Notes: generated by a model not told the origin, from the letters alone. Positions 50,103 to 63,888 are shown, numbered from the whole stretch's first letter. The stretch: 63,895 bases of DNA, filler included, from Reticulomyxa filosa (GCA_000512085.1; 26 parts of 26 records of this genome joined end to end with filler, not necessarily neighbours in it); one strand, 5' to 3'. Numbers and translations: made by a program.

Positions 50103-52422
50103 CTGACGACACCCTTTTTTTTTGGAAGTTTAATTTTGCTGAGAACTTTTGAGCCCCAATCAAAACAAACAAGCTAATTTTGAGGAATGTTGTGTGTGCT
50201 TGTCCACAGAGGTTTTTTTTTGGTGGTGTTATATTTATTTGTTTTTGTTTTGCTTTTTATTTGCAACCTTGCCACTTACTTTTATGTTTGTTCTTTTCTC
50301 AGCAATATCAGGAAAAAGACAATACTATTTCTGAACTTTTGCACACGAAATGAATAAGTGTTCATACACCAAATGTTACACTAAAAAATCAAAGAAAATT
50401 TTTTCTCGTAAAATTAATCAAAATAATGAAGCTTCAGAAATTACAAATTTCTTTTTATCAAAGTTTGCGATTGGACAGTCGTAAAACACCTTTTTCATTG
50501 TCGGGCAAAGTTCGGAGTCTTGGGCTGGCGTTGCGAGTATGATCCGCCATTTAAATGTTTATGCGCAAGCATCAAAGTTGGTAGTATAAAACACGGTTAA
50601 TGCCTTGCCTATACATGAAATAATTCATGTAATTGTTCAATTTTTTTTCCAAAAAAACAGTTAGAACCTAAATTATTGAAGATCTTTTGTTGGACAATTT
50701 AAGTTATTTGTTTGAAAAATATCCAAAACATTTATCAGTATTGTAGACAATATGTGAACCAGATCGAGTAATTCAATTCAGGTCTGAAAAAAAGATAATA
50801 ATTGAATTTTGATTTAAAAAAATCAATGTATGTATAAATATATTGTAAATATAAAAGGGTAAAATGGCAAGTGAATCGTGGTTTCTGAGTCCAATTTAAT
50901 CAAGCATTGCGATCTTATAAAGGACTTAGCATTTGTTTCTTTTTTTTCTTTGTCAAACCATTGAATGATCTATCTTCACATTGTTTGATGTTAATATTCT
51001 TTCATGACTATCTTGATGAAATATCTATATTTATATTTACGTACATAATTATCAAACAAAAAAAACACATAATAACTATTTTTCGCATTATTAATCAGAA
51101 ACATTTGGCAACTTCGAAAGATTATGGACAAACATGCAGCTGGAATTTTCACGATTGCATAGACTTTAATTGTTGCTTTGATATTTGATATGATTCTAGC
51201 TACAAATCATCAAAAAAAGAATTAAATGTCCATAATCTTTAGTGTAGAATGAACTCAATTGTATATCAAATGAAAAAACAACATCTGATTTTTACAAACA
51301 TGTTTCTACATTCGACGTTGAACAGTAAACATTGATTTAATAAATCAATTAGTCGCTGATTAATGATATAAACAAATGCACATAGCTCTAGATGACGATG
51401 CAGAAAGAAAATAAGAGTTTATTGTTGAGTTATTACAATGAAAGAATTACTTATTGTTCAAGACGTCGTTGACACACAGTTAGTAATTACTTGTAAAAAA
51501 TAAGATCGTATGTACTGATAGGGACAAAGCAGCAAATAAAAAAAAGCAAGACACTGTTTAGAACAAAAAAGAAAGTGCGTTGGCATGCACAAAAAGAATT
51601 CAAAGAAAGGGCTTTGTAATTTGAGTGAAACATCATTACTTGGCTACATGTTGATCGATTTGTGTGGAAAATTCGATATAAAATGTGACTGTCATTATAC
51701 AAGACAGTTTACTTAGTACTGTGTGTAAGTGCAAGCAAATTGGGATGTCGTTCAACTTTAAGTTGGAAAATAATCTCGTTTAAATCAACGATACATTTCA
51801 GCAAGACAGTTGATCAATTTATCTCGGAAAATGTTATTAATAAATCTTTTAAAAAAACTATAACGATCTAAGATCCACATCAACAGTACCGCTGGGATGT
51901 TTTCCAAATTATTTAGTGGAATTCTTTACAATCGTTTTTCGTCATCAACGTTCAATGGTTAAAATAAAATACAAACGAAAGTGATGCTATCTTCTTCTAA
52001 TTGGTGCTCACAAACAATTGTACATGTGGACTTGGTGTTACTTTCTGCGCCGTATTGTGTTCGGCTTTTTTTGTTTCGTTTTGAGATTGTTTTTATTTCG
52101 CAATAAAAAAATTTGGATCAAAGAAAGTTGGGTAATATTAAAATTTAACTTCAGGAATTCTTGTACGGATTTTCCTTGTGACAGCGCAGTAAGTCAAACT
52201 TAAAAAAAGTGTAAAATTAAAGATGGCAAGAGCAATAACGTGGTACTATTTTTCATCGCAAAGGAAACAAGAGAATATTTTGTATTTGGACACAACAAGT
52301 TTCGCGCCACGACAAAGGAAAGAACCAAGGCAATGAGTTTTTAAAGGGGGGACTTCTTAATCGTCATCCCATATAGATTGCTATTGCAAAGAGTAAGCCT
52401 AGGAAGCGTTTTACCTTCAATT

Positions 52423-53086
52423 ATGCTTGCATCAATTTTCAAAAAACGAGAAAAGTTTTCAATGGAAAACTTGAAGTTGTGTATAAACACAGTTGGCAAC
52501 AGACGCCTACAATAAACACTAAACCCACAAACCATACAATTACAAATTACAAACCACAAAGACATCAATGTATGATATTGGAAAAGAACCCAATTGTGAA
52601 TGACAAGAATAAACCATTGATTGTTGAGACGCTCCGTCAAATAGCAGAGCTAATGATTTGGGGAGATCAAAACAACGACAATTTTTTTTTGTTAAAAAAA
52701 AAAAATGTCCCCTTTTTTTTTTTTTTTTTTAGTTTTGTTTTGTTTTTGTTTTTGGTAAAGTGAAAACAATTGTTGAAGAAACTAACATAACAGTTTTTTG
52801 GCGGAAAAAAATATATTGGGGAATTTTCTTCGAATTGTGCGTCAAAAATATGATCGAGATGTGACAATCCAAGTGTTGCAAACATTATCAATAATGATCC
52901 AAAACATAAGTAAACAGTTGTCATTGTATTATCTGTTCAGCAACAATTACATTAACGACATGATAGTCCACGACTTTGATTTCATGGACAATGAGATCTT
53001 GGCCTATTACGTGTCCTTTCTGAAGACCATTTCATTGAAGTTGGACCGTGATGTCATTAATTTTTTTTTTAATGCAAAAGCGCATG
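52423..53086 (+). CDS. CLEC16A: CLEC16A / FPL-domain protein (TT9/gop-1/Ema homologue), 5' part
   Basis: [84 protein letters not shown]. Confidence 0.92.
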
Positions 53087-53679
53087 GTCTGTTGGCCCCC
53101 TTTTTTTTTTTTTTNNNNNNNNNNNNNNNNNNNNNNNNNNNNNNNNNNNNNNNNNNNNTTAATTAATTAANNNNNNNNNNNNNNNNNNNNNNNNNNNNNN
53201 NNNNNNNNNNNNNNGTTCCATAAGAGTTCAGCCATGTGTGATAAGGGCTTGCCCTACATACATAAAATGGCATCTTATAACGATTTGTTTTTTTACCTTA
53301 TTGTGTCAATTTTTTGGCTTGTAATTTAATAATTACTTATATGTTTTCATAATATATCTTTGGTCAAGCGCTACAGCAATAATAAACAAGAAAAATGTAT
53401 CTTAAAAATAAATCAAGACAAAATTTTTAAATAAATTTTTCCAAAGTAAACATCATCTTGGTTATTGTAACTATTTTTGAAATAAAAAAGAACATAAGCA
53501 AATTTAAAACAAAAAAAATAAAAATACCAAAAAAATGCACAAACGCAGTCAAAAAACAATAAAAACGGCAAAATTTGATAAAAATTAACAAAAAATCTAA
53601 AAAGTAAGCAATTCTTTATTAAAACGAAAATTTTGTCGAAAAAATTATTTAAATTTTGAAACAATTAGTAAAGATTTCA

Positions 53680-53810
53680 TAAAAAACCAAAATCATATTT
53701 AAAAACTACACAATTTGTAGATGTTTTTCTTTTAAATAAAAAAAATTAGGTACGAATGTTGTTTTTTCATGAAGAAAATCAATCATCTTTATAATGTGCC
53801 ATTTTAGTGT
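53680..53810 (-). mobile_element. Diverged internal copy of the same MITE family
   Basis: AAAAAACCAAAATCATATTTAAAAACTACA.AATTTGTAGAT...AATGTTG.TTTTTCATGAAGAAAATCAAT matches 55658-55760. Confidence 0.7.
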
Positions 53811-54515
53811 ATATATTGAAAATTTTGGTTTTGTTTGAATTAAAGTTTTATCTTTTTTTAGTTTATATTGGTTAAGACAGCTGTAGTTTGTGTAGTATAT
53901 TGAAAACTTGAACTTTTTGTGATTTTTTTTAAGCGCAATATATCATTTTAGGATAATGCTGACTAACTTAGTATGCAAGATTATGGCATTTTCGCAACTT
54001 AATTATTAAAATAAAATGTTACTTGCAACGACAAGAAATTAACTTGGAAGCACTTAAATGAAAATTAAACAATAATAACATATAATGTTATGTTCATGAT
54101 TAAAAGAGGAAAGAATGCGTATTGTGCATTGATTCATTTGAAGACATTGAATATATCAAATCGGATATAATTTATAGATGACATTATATAAAGTAAACAT
54201 TTCATTTAACAAATACTTACATGTAATTCAAATTTATTATGTGACAATTGAACAAGCAGAAAAACAGAAATGATTATGCATTGTATTAAATGTTTAAATT
54301 GCTAACTGCTACATTCAAGTATCGCAGTCAGTGAGAACACAACATGTAGAAATGAATTCAATTAATATGTTTGATTTTTCAAACAATTATTTTTTAAAAC
54401 TCTACAGCGGTTACCACATTTAGATGATAAAATTCAATTAGTTTTGTTGCGTTTGAAATTTAAAAAAAAAAAGAGTGACCCACAAAATAATAATAATAAT
54501 AAATAAAAGCGAAAC

Positions 54516-55468
54516 ATGAGTTTTCTACAATCATCATTGCGTAGCCAATTAATAAATTACTTTCGTACCTCCTCTCAAAAGACGGTGAAAAGCCATCCAC
54601 AGACAGAATGGCTGTTGAACCAGTTGCAGTTGCTGCACCCACAGGTAGCACAAGAACTGAAGGAAAAGAAGGACTTGTCGATAACGGATGAATTGCTAAG
54701 CTATTTGGAGAGATGAAAGAGGAAGATATTTTTCCGCTGTCACTGGCTACCTGCCAATCCATTACATCCTCCCTCGAGAAATTTTGACAAAGGTGATTTT
54801 GATGGTGTTGCCAGTGGAAAGAATAGTATTTTCACACACGAATCAATACTTTCGAAACTTGATATTGTCACCGTATTTCAGGTATGTTATTATTGACTTA
54901 CATTATGTGTTAGTGCCCAGTCCACGTTGCAGAAACCAACAGCGTTACAATTGAATCTAAACCCAAAATCAAATCAAACAAACAAATAGATGTTTGTTTG
55001 ATTTGTGGCTTTATGTATATTGCATTGAGCATGAAACAACAACTCACGGCAATGAGAGCACCCAAAACGAAGAAGAGGAAGTAGGAGTAGAAGTCGAGGA
55101 AGAAGAAGAAGAAGAAATTAACGATGAGAATGGTATCGATACTGACGAAGAAAAAAATGTAACGTGGATGAGCGCCAATGACGACACGGTGAGATTGGCC
55201 CGCGCGCCGCTATTTAATACGCGAATCATTTATTGGCCGAGTTATAAAGACGTGTTGGGCTTCAACTACCCCGCACACGTCCGCAATATCGCATTCCAAA
55301 AGTCACTGGACGCCATCGTCCACGCGTGCAGTGCCGCACATGTGCACGTCGGCGAAATCGGCCTTGACAATCTGGTCCCACTTATTCAATACTTGTCTCC
55401 ATTGTCCATGTTGTCGTTGTCTTTGTCGCATCTCCCACAAGACACTACCGTTGTGTCAAAGACATTTG
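54516..55468 (+). CDS. Hypothetical protein 5' part (two apparent frameshifts in exon 1)
   Basis: ATG 54516, coding-like reading across frameshifts to a GT donor at ~54882, then an acidic exon 55030-55468. Confidence 0.4.
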
Positions 55469-55626
55469 GTTGGTCGGTTTGATTTTTTTTTTTTTTTTTT
55501 TTTTAAAGGGGGGGGGGGGGGGGGGGNNNNNNNNNNNNNNNNNNNNNNNNNNNNNNNNNNNNNNNNNNNNTTAATTAATTAANNNNNNNNNNNNNNNNNN
55601 NNNNNNNNNNNNNNNNNNNNNNNNNN

Positions 55627-55812
55627 TGATTTCATCCAACAAAAAAAAAAGTTATTAAAAAACCAATTTCATATCTAAAAACTACAAGATTTGTAGATAT
55701 TTTTTTAAAATAAAATAAAAATTATGTCTAAATGTTGATTTTTTACGTAGAAAATCAATTATCATCATACGATATCGTTTTAGGCGTTCAGTTTTCTTTG
55801 CAACATACTGTA
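55627..55812 (-). mobile_element. Tc1/mariner-like MITE, right arm ending CAACATACTG-TA
   Basis: Reverse complement of 44001-44180 with few differences, flanked by TA. Confidence 0.8.
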
Positions 55813-56683
55813 ACTACAACAACATTTATCACAATCACAAACTGAGTTTCTAAATTATTTACTTCTTACTTTTGCATTAACTCTGCTTACCACTTTATTC
55901 AAAACGTAACTATCTTTGGTGCAGATAAGACAATGAAAGAAATGAAATTCTTTTGAATGAGCAAACAACCTACGAACAGTTTGTCATTGTCATCACATAA
56001 ACACTTGACTCCTTTTTGGAATCTCTCAAATATTTTTGCAATATCTTGATCAAAGCGATTTTCACATTTGAATACAGCGCAATTCGAAATAGATGAATTG
56101 AATACAGATAAAATAAATCATTACTCGAATTTTGCCTCGCCACGAGTTGATTAGCGCATCATAGCCTCCAAATAGAATACATTCAACAAAATTGCTGTTT
56201 GTAGTGCAAGGTGCATAACGTGCTTGATCATTTTCACCATTGTGAATTAATACAAAATCGCCTCCGGATGCTCTAGCAATTTGCACTGGAAATTGCACAA
56301 TCACTTGTCCTATAAAATCGTGTTTTAATGTTATTTTCTTTGATCAATGATAAAGCTTATGTTAAATGTTCAATACTAGTTTTATGTGCTTTGTGCGTGA
56401 TGTTGGAGAAGGAAAAATTATTTATGTTAAAAATTTGAGTTCGCAGCATATATCCAGAAATATTACAAGGATAGTTTGCTTAGGTGTAATCTTTTTTTTA
56501 GTTACATACATTTTCGGACGTCCTGAACCAGTTCATAGTAACAAAGTTTAAGAAGTGCTAAGCAACTCAATTACCTCAATTGGCTCAGCTGTACCACAAA
56601 AAAAGCACGTTGCAAAGGCTTTGTTGAAACAGAACTTTTTGTTTTCGTGTTTTTTTCATCTTTTTTTTTTGCAAAGATTAAAA

Positions 56684-57219
56684 ATGTCCCGTTGGTATTG
56701 TTGGAGAAACCACGAGGATTACACAACTGTTCAAGGCGGAGAGTCGCATCACTATAAATGTCGTTGGAAGTTTTGCTTGCTTGTGACTTGTGGTATCACT
56801 GCAGCAGTGCTTTTAATAGTGCTTTGTATTCTTTTCCTGTCAGTTGTCCCTGCAGCCGTCAAAGTGACTTTTTTAAACTTTTGTGTCAAAAAAAAAAAGA
56901 AAAAAGTTGACATTAACAAATTAGTACGTGTGTGTTTGTCCATACGGGGACGAAGGCTGCTGGTGAGAACTCAGTGTTGACACAGAAGAGATTAGTAATA
57001 TTCAATGTAACGGAATCATCAGTGCAAATTAATGCGACATTGCAACTGGCAGGGACCGGTCCTTATCCTGCAACCATTCCTGCAGTGGTGGCAACGGTTT
57101 ACAATGAATTTGGGGCATTTGGTACTTTAGACCTGCCTCAAATCGATTTGGAAGCAAACAAAGGAGCAACAGTGAACGCCATTTCCACACTTAGAGTAAC
57201 CAACAAGCAAGTCTTCGAT
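56684..57219 (+). CDS. Type II membrane protein with LEA_2/DUF3712-like beta domain, 5' part
   Basis: Short N-tail, TM LLVTCGITAAVLLIVLCILFLSVVP, then SVL..IFNVTESSVQINATL..GPYPATI..FGTLDLPQI..LRVTN. Confidence 0.6.
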
Positions 57220-57232
57220 GTTAAGTCCAGAC

Positions 57233-57268
<36 letters not shown>

Positions 57269-57439
57269 NNNNNNNNNNNNNNNNNNNNNNNNNNNNNNNN
57301 NNNNNNNNNNNNTTAATTAATTAANNNNNNNNNNNNNNNNNNNNNNNNNNNNNNNNNNNNNNNNNNNNACCAATATACGTATACATATGTTGTGTTGCTA
57401 TTAATTGATATGTACATATAAAAAAAATGTATATATATA

Positions 57440-58720
57440 TAACTTTTTCAAGCAATGGACCCAAACATATTATAACGACAGGTAGCAGGAACTTGGAACA
57501 AGCGCACATAAATGACCAGCCGAATACTGTATGGAAAAGGAGATTGGGGGGTCCGACTGCTGATATAAAATGTTGTTCATTATCCACCCAGCAGGGCCCA
57601 GCGCCACCACACATTGCCAAGATTTTTTCTTGATCCACTAAATAATGGAACGACTTTTGAATTACCCCAATTATCGACTGGCACGACGTTGCTACTTTTT
57701 GTAACAAATGCACAATAACATTAGTTTTTCAGTGAGCACAAATCAAATCGTAGTATACAGCAGCGATACCCAAATATTGGCGAGCACAATACCAATCAAA
57801 TATACTAAAACAGTTGATAAAAGAGAATTTGGACTGTGTTGCGTCGTTGCCATCACAAACATCACCGACGCTGCGCTTGGCATTGTCACACCAGTCAAGA
57901 AGCTTTCTTTGGGAGTGCAATATATGAAATTAGTCTATGCATAAAATTGCGCAAGGCCGTCACCCGCTGATGTAAAGAGCCATTTCATAATAATATCTTT
58001 TTTTACTTTCTAAAACAAATCCAACGCGGTATCTTCGGAGATTTTTTTCTGATCATCATCATGCTATTCTTGTTTGCTGATGATGTTGGTTTGGAGTTTT
58101 GCAAAAATCATTCACCAAATTGGAGCACGATATCGGAAGAATAGTCCCATATGAGAGTGGCTCACTCGACCGCAATGTCCTCTTCTTTTTTTTTGTCTTC
58201 CACTTCTTGCTTTCTTGAACGCTACCCAACACATTGTCAGTAGTTCATAGTTGATCCTGGAGACAGTTCGGCAAAGATAACATGCGTTTGTTCGACAAAC
58301 GCAAGGCAAAAAACTCTTGCAGCGATGGACTCGGAAAATACAACTAGATCTCTTTCTTTCTTCAACGATTAACGCTGCGCCTCACCAATCATTATCCGTA
58401 GAAACTTTTGTAGCCTCTGTTGATGATAAACACTCTTTACAATGCTTCAAGCTGACACCGCTTGAAATCGCCGCACTCGTTTCGAGTTTTCCATTGGGGT
58501 GCGATATGTGAAGTTGGTCCACGCCCGCGAGTGGCGACTTTGCGTGTTTCCAGGTACGAATAACAATTCTATAGCAAAACTCAACAAAGTTATCTGACTG
58601 GTTTTTTTTTTTTTTTAAAAAAAAAGAAATTCAAAGTATACTCACTTGTTACGTTCTTTCTTCTCTTCACTATCCTCCTAATCTTACTCTTTTTTTCTTA
58701 CTGGTGTCATGATGCGAACT
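57440..58720 (-). pseudogene. Degenerate membrane-protein gene
   Basis: Hydrophobic segments (SAASVMFVMAT, LLSTVLVYLIGIVLANIWVSLLY, FLLPVVIICLG) are scattered over frames with stops. Confidence 0.35.
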
Positions 58721-59958
58721 TTGCACAACTNNNNNNNNNNNNNNNNNNNNNNNNNNNNNNNNNNNNNNNNNNNNTTAATTAATTAANNNNNNNNNNNNNN
58801 NNNNNNNNNNNNNNNNNNNNNNNNNNNNNNTAATAATCAAATTTGGGACTGGATCTGGAAATTCTTTTTTCCTAAACTTGTTTACTTTCACTCCATCAAC
58901 TTTTTTGTTCTTGGTTTTGTTAATTATTCTTTGTTTGGCTTGATTTTGTTTGCAAAATTTGCTCAAAGTGCTGGATATTTTCATATTACTTTTTGCCAGC
59001 AACTCAGTTTTTAGTCAATTGTTATTCTTGGACTGATCATAAAAAGGTAAATTTTGAAATTATTTGGAAAGATAGCATAAAACTATTATATCTGTGGATA
59101 TTAAAAAAGATTTTGAGTTTCAATTTTTTCCTGTCTGAAAAATTTGTCAAGGATAGGAATATTTCTTATGTATTCTTGTATGATCTAGCTGAAATTGTTG
59201 CCAAAGAATAATCAGGACTGATTAAGAATGCAACGCTATAGTTAATGTTTTGTTTTTTGAGGTTTAAGTAGTTTTAACAGAAAGAGTATTTAGTTTTTGT
59301 TAGTCTTTATTTCGTTTTAGTTCTTTCATTTATTCCATCATTTTTTTGTGAGTAATTTTTGAGCAAATAGATGTTATTGTTTAATTGTTCGAACACATTT
59401 CGTTTTCTTCTGAAATGTATTAAAATTTTTGATTGCAATCATTCAAACTTCCACAAACTCTTGTTTTGCTGCTTTTGAAGTTAGAAACCATATCGCAAGC
59501 AATAACCACTTAGAAAACATTTTCTAACCAGTTCTGGACACAAAAAAAGAAGAAATAAAACATAATTTTTGTATATATTGTTGCGTGCGTCAAATATGAT
59601 CGAAATTCCTTATGTTGCAATCTGGATATTTCTTACAAGCAAATACCAGAAACATTGAACTTGATCCGTTTCAAGTCAAATACTTTTGCCATGGACGTTA
59701 TTACAGTAAGTTTTATTTTCTTCACTCGTTTTTTGTTGAATTGTATATGATATTAAATATTAACTTATATTTTATTTTTTTTTCATTTACTAGATTTATT
59801 CGATTAGATTAAATAGAAACCATTGCTACTCATATTACTGATATTATTGATTTTTCTTNNNNNNNNNNNNNNNNNNNNNNNNNNNNNNNNNNNNNNNNNN
59901 NNTTAATTAATTAANNNNNNNNNNNNNNNNNNNNNNNNNNNNNNNNNNNNNNNNNNNN

Positions 59959-61134
59959 TGATAACAATGCAATTGGTCGATGATTCTTGCACTGACAATG
60001 ATATCTGTCATGCTTAGGAATAGGCACAATATTTGCCTTTTTCCATGCAATCGGCATATATCCCATCCGGAAACTCCATCCAAATAAGAATACTAATGAA
60101 TCAATCATTGCATTACCACCATTCTTAAGCATCTGATTATGGATGTTATCTAGTCCTTGAGCTTTGTATGGAGACAAATGCCTCAATGCTTCAATAACTT
60201 CCTCTCTTGTGATATCACTTTGATGGTGATCACATGACCAAACACAATCATCCAATTCCAATTGTTTTGATATAATTTAATTTCATCTTCCACTATCTTA
60301 TAATACTTTTCATCCACTTCTTTTGTGGCTGAGGTGGCTCAGCAAATGTCTTTGCCAATAGATACGCTTTATCAGCATCTGATCTTGCCACAGAATTAGT
60401 TTCCTTATTCACCAATGCTGGAATAATGCATATCTTATTGGTGTTCAATGCCTTGAATTGTGTAAATAAATTCCTTGTGTTGCCTTCATGCAGCGAATTA
60501 ATGCTGTTAACCATATGCTGATGTTTCTCCAATAGCACTTCCTTCGCAATTGCTTAGCAGCTTTCTTGTACAGCATCAAATTCCTCGTTGTTTTTTGTTT
60601 ACGAAATCTGTTCTTTGATTTTTGAATTCTCTTTCGTAATCGATATAGACTATCACTCCACCATGGCTTGTTGCCTTTCCATATCGTCCTGATACCAATT
60701 GTTGCTTCACCAGCTTTAACAACATATTTGGCCAAGATTCGGCTGCTTTGTCCAAAGAATCTTGATCTCTCGATACAATTGAATCAATAGATTTCATCCA
60801 ATTTTCAATATTCCTTTTTAATATCAATCTAAATTGTTCCCATTTGTTGTTTCTTAGATTCCAAGTCTCAATCTTTTGTCTTTCAATTCGTGGTGAAGAC
60901 CACGTGGTTTTGACATTGAACGTGATTGGGAGATGATCTGAGTGCACATCCAATTCAACATCATCCGTTCTCCAAAAGAATAGACGATGAACATAATGTG
61001 ATATCTATGCTTGATGTCGCATTATCTTTCATGAATGTACAATCAAATGGCAGTATATTGATAATATGTAATCCATTGGATACAATGAAGTCAAGAATAC
61101 ACTCACCCACATCGTCGATATTATGATCTAACCA
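59959..61134 (-). mobile_element. Non-LTR retrotransposon (LINE, APE endonuclease to start of RT), frameshifted
   Basis: TF..SSIDITL and SDHLPI (APE), KPWW, ITREEV..KAQGLDNI..MLK and WKKANIVPIPK..NHRPIALLS (RT N-terminus). Confidence 0.92.
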
Positions 61135-61404
61135 NNNNNNNNNNNNNNNNNNNNNNNNNNNNNNNNNNNNNNNNNNNNTTAATTAATTAANNNNNNNNNN
61201 NNNNNNNNNNNNNNNNNNNNNNNNNNNNNNNNNNATTGATATAATTGATTTGTGATGAAGAAATATCTATAAATTGAGCCATCTTTAATATGTTTTTAAA
61301 AATTTACTAATTTGAGATGTTCAAAAAAATATTATTAAAAAGACAAAAACAGTTATAAATATTTTTTCTTTGCAGAAGTTGCTTGATTTCAATGAAATAA
61401 GTTA

Positions 61405-61492
61405 TACAGTAGGTTGCAAAGAAAACTAAACGCCTAAAACGATATCTTATGATGATAATTGATTTTCTCAGTTTTCTTTGCAACATAATGTA
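61405..61492. mobile_element. Complete 84-bp minimal MITE with ~21-bp TIRs and TA target duplication
   Basis: TA|CAGTAGGTTGCAAAGAAAACT ... AGTTTTCTTTGCAACATAATG|TA. Confidence 0.85.
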
Positions 61493-62213
61493 TTTATTTT
61501 TTTCTTTTTTGCCATATACAAATTATAATTATTTGCCGAAATAATTTGAGCTTGGAGGAGCCTAAGAAAAAAATTAAATAGGGACACATGTCTTCACTCC
61601 AGTTTTTTTTTACCTTTGGTAGTTGAGCGAAATTGTGCTAAAACTTAAGTATCGATAAAATTCTATGATGACGTGAGAACATTATCATATTCTCTCTTTT
61701 TTTAACTGTATTTAATTTACTGGACGGATTTTCTTTGGAATAAATCCATTTCGTGCAATGTTTATTTCCTTATGTTCATTTGTCTGCTTTTTTTACATCA
61801 TTTTTTTAATTGATGTACGTGCTCGAAATAATCTTTTATGATCATAAAAGCTCACTAGAAGGTCTACTTTCCACGTAGTGACTTTTTTTTATGCATGAAT
61901 GCATAAACATAAAAGCATTGCAAAAGTTTTGACGACTTTTTTAGACCAATGTTTAGTAAATATTTCTTATGCATGAAAAAATTCAAACGTGGAAATAGTC
62001 CAGCCATTTTTTTTTTTCGTTTAGTTCAATTTTTGCACGGCCAAAAAAAAGTCATTTTTGTGATAAAATCTCCGAAAATTATTCAAGGACAAAAATCTTT
62101 TAAATGACATTTTTGATGCCGCAAGTCATGTTTGTGCTTTCAAAAACTTTCCCTATATGTAAAAAAAAGGTTGTTTTCAATTTTAGAATCTCTAAATCAA
62201 AAAAAAGGTCATC

Positions 62214-62659
62214 ATGTTCGAACAACTTCAACAAACATTTCCCAAGATAAATAAAGATATTGTCTTAAAAGCATGTGATGTATATAACGGAAATGTTGAA
62301 AAGACAAATGCTCTCTTAACTTGGATAACAGAAAACACGTTATAATACATTTTTTCTCTTTTTTTAATACACAAAAACATCGTATTGCTTCATATTTTTT
62401 AATACAGTACAAATTTACAACACCAGAAGCATTTGATACGGTTAGTCGATAATTTTGGTTATCAACTTGAAAAAGTAACAATATTGCAAACATGGAAAAA
62501 TTGCAATCAGATATTGGTTGATACAGTCAAAAAATTAAGAGAAATTTGTGCAACTTCCAATTTGAATGAGTTAAATGCGAACAAAATATACAACAAATTA
62601 ACAATTATAAATATAAAATACAATATGATAGACTAAAAGAAGAAAATGAATTAAAAATA
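62214..62659 (+). CDS. 5' part of a protein with CUE/UBA-like domain(s)
   Basis: MFEQLQQTFPKINKDIVLKACDVYNGNVEKTNALL has the CUE pattern (FP, NG.VE..LL). The gene is spliced. Confidence 0.5.
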
Positions 62660-62764
62660 NNNNNNNNNNNNNNNNNNNNNNNNNNNNNNNNNNNNNNNNN
62701 NNNTTAATTAATTAANNNNNNNNNNNNNNNNNNNNNNNNNNNNNNNNNNNNNNNNNNNNCTTCT

Positions 62765-62798
<34 letters not shown>

Positions 62799-62823
62799 GT
62801 GTATAGCTCCTCCTCTTCTTTTT

Positions 62824-63832
62824 TCAAGCATACAACTTAACATCCACTTGTTGTTTAGCGGCCAATCTGCACAGTTCTTCCAAAACTATAAATGCGTCTT
62901 TTTGCAATTTGTGTAGAATGGACGTCAGTTGTTCAGGTGATTCAATAGCCGCCAAGGCCAAGGATCCGTTGGCACCCGAGACAACGGGAAGTATGGGTAC
63001 ATCTCCAATCGACGACGGCGGATTTATCCGATATCCGCTTTCGTCGGAACCAATCAAAACGTTGTTCCAAAAATCGGCATCACTGCCCTAATCATCATAC
63101 AAGTATAACATAGTCATTGTTGCAATTGTACATTCAAACAAAAAAAATATACAAACAAACAAATAAATAAATTCGTTTGTTTGTTTGTGAAAAGAAAAGT
63201 CAAGAATAAATCTCGCACATCAGCAGCTTGGTCTCCAAATTCGGAAATAATCTACTCATGTTATATTGTGTTATGTTGTATTGTGATGTAATGTAATTTG
63301 TTTGCATGCATCGTACATCCACTTGACGTGTATATGGCTTAAAACCCTCGTTCTGTCAAGTTTGAGGGGAAAAAAAACAAAAACTTGTTGCAATTTGTCA
63401 TTGATTTTTTGATCTTGATATTCTGTTAAAGATAAGCGATAAAAGCGAATGCAATTGGCAATGTTGTTCTGCTTGAAGGCCACATGAGCGAGCGTGCTAA
63501 ACGCTTTTGCATTCCATTGCGGATGTGCATTGTATCGTCGGCCGATTTCAATCGCCTGAATGCAGCAGTTTTTGGCATCGATCAACTCGTCCATCATATA
63601 ATAAGTCACAGCTTGATTGACCAAATACGCGGGATGGTTTGGGTTCAGTTGTTGCGCTTTTTTGTAGCAGAGCAAGGCGTCGTGGTATTGTCCTTTGCTG
63701 TAGCACTGATTACCTTTTCTTTTTTCCACGTCCGCCAACTTATCAAAATACGTGTCCAACGAGTGATCAATCATATCTTTGATAATTGATTCACACAATT
63801 CATATGAAGTATGATATTCATATTTCACATTA

Positions 63833-63888
<56 letters not shown>

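Noticed and set aside
55345-55370. TatD DNase from the VGEIGLD motif
   Set aside because: No HxH, HP or downstream Q/H motifs; the context does not fit TatD.
56060-56330. Copine/C2 gene from HDFIGQV
   Set aside because: A single short motif in degenerate sequence is insufficient for a call.
1961-62759. Recurrent TTAATTAATTAA as a biological repeat or CRISPR-like array; gene neighbourhoods across spacers
   Set aside because: It is always centred in exactly 88 N and is a six-frame-stop linker. Linkage across spacers is artificial.
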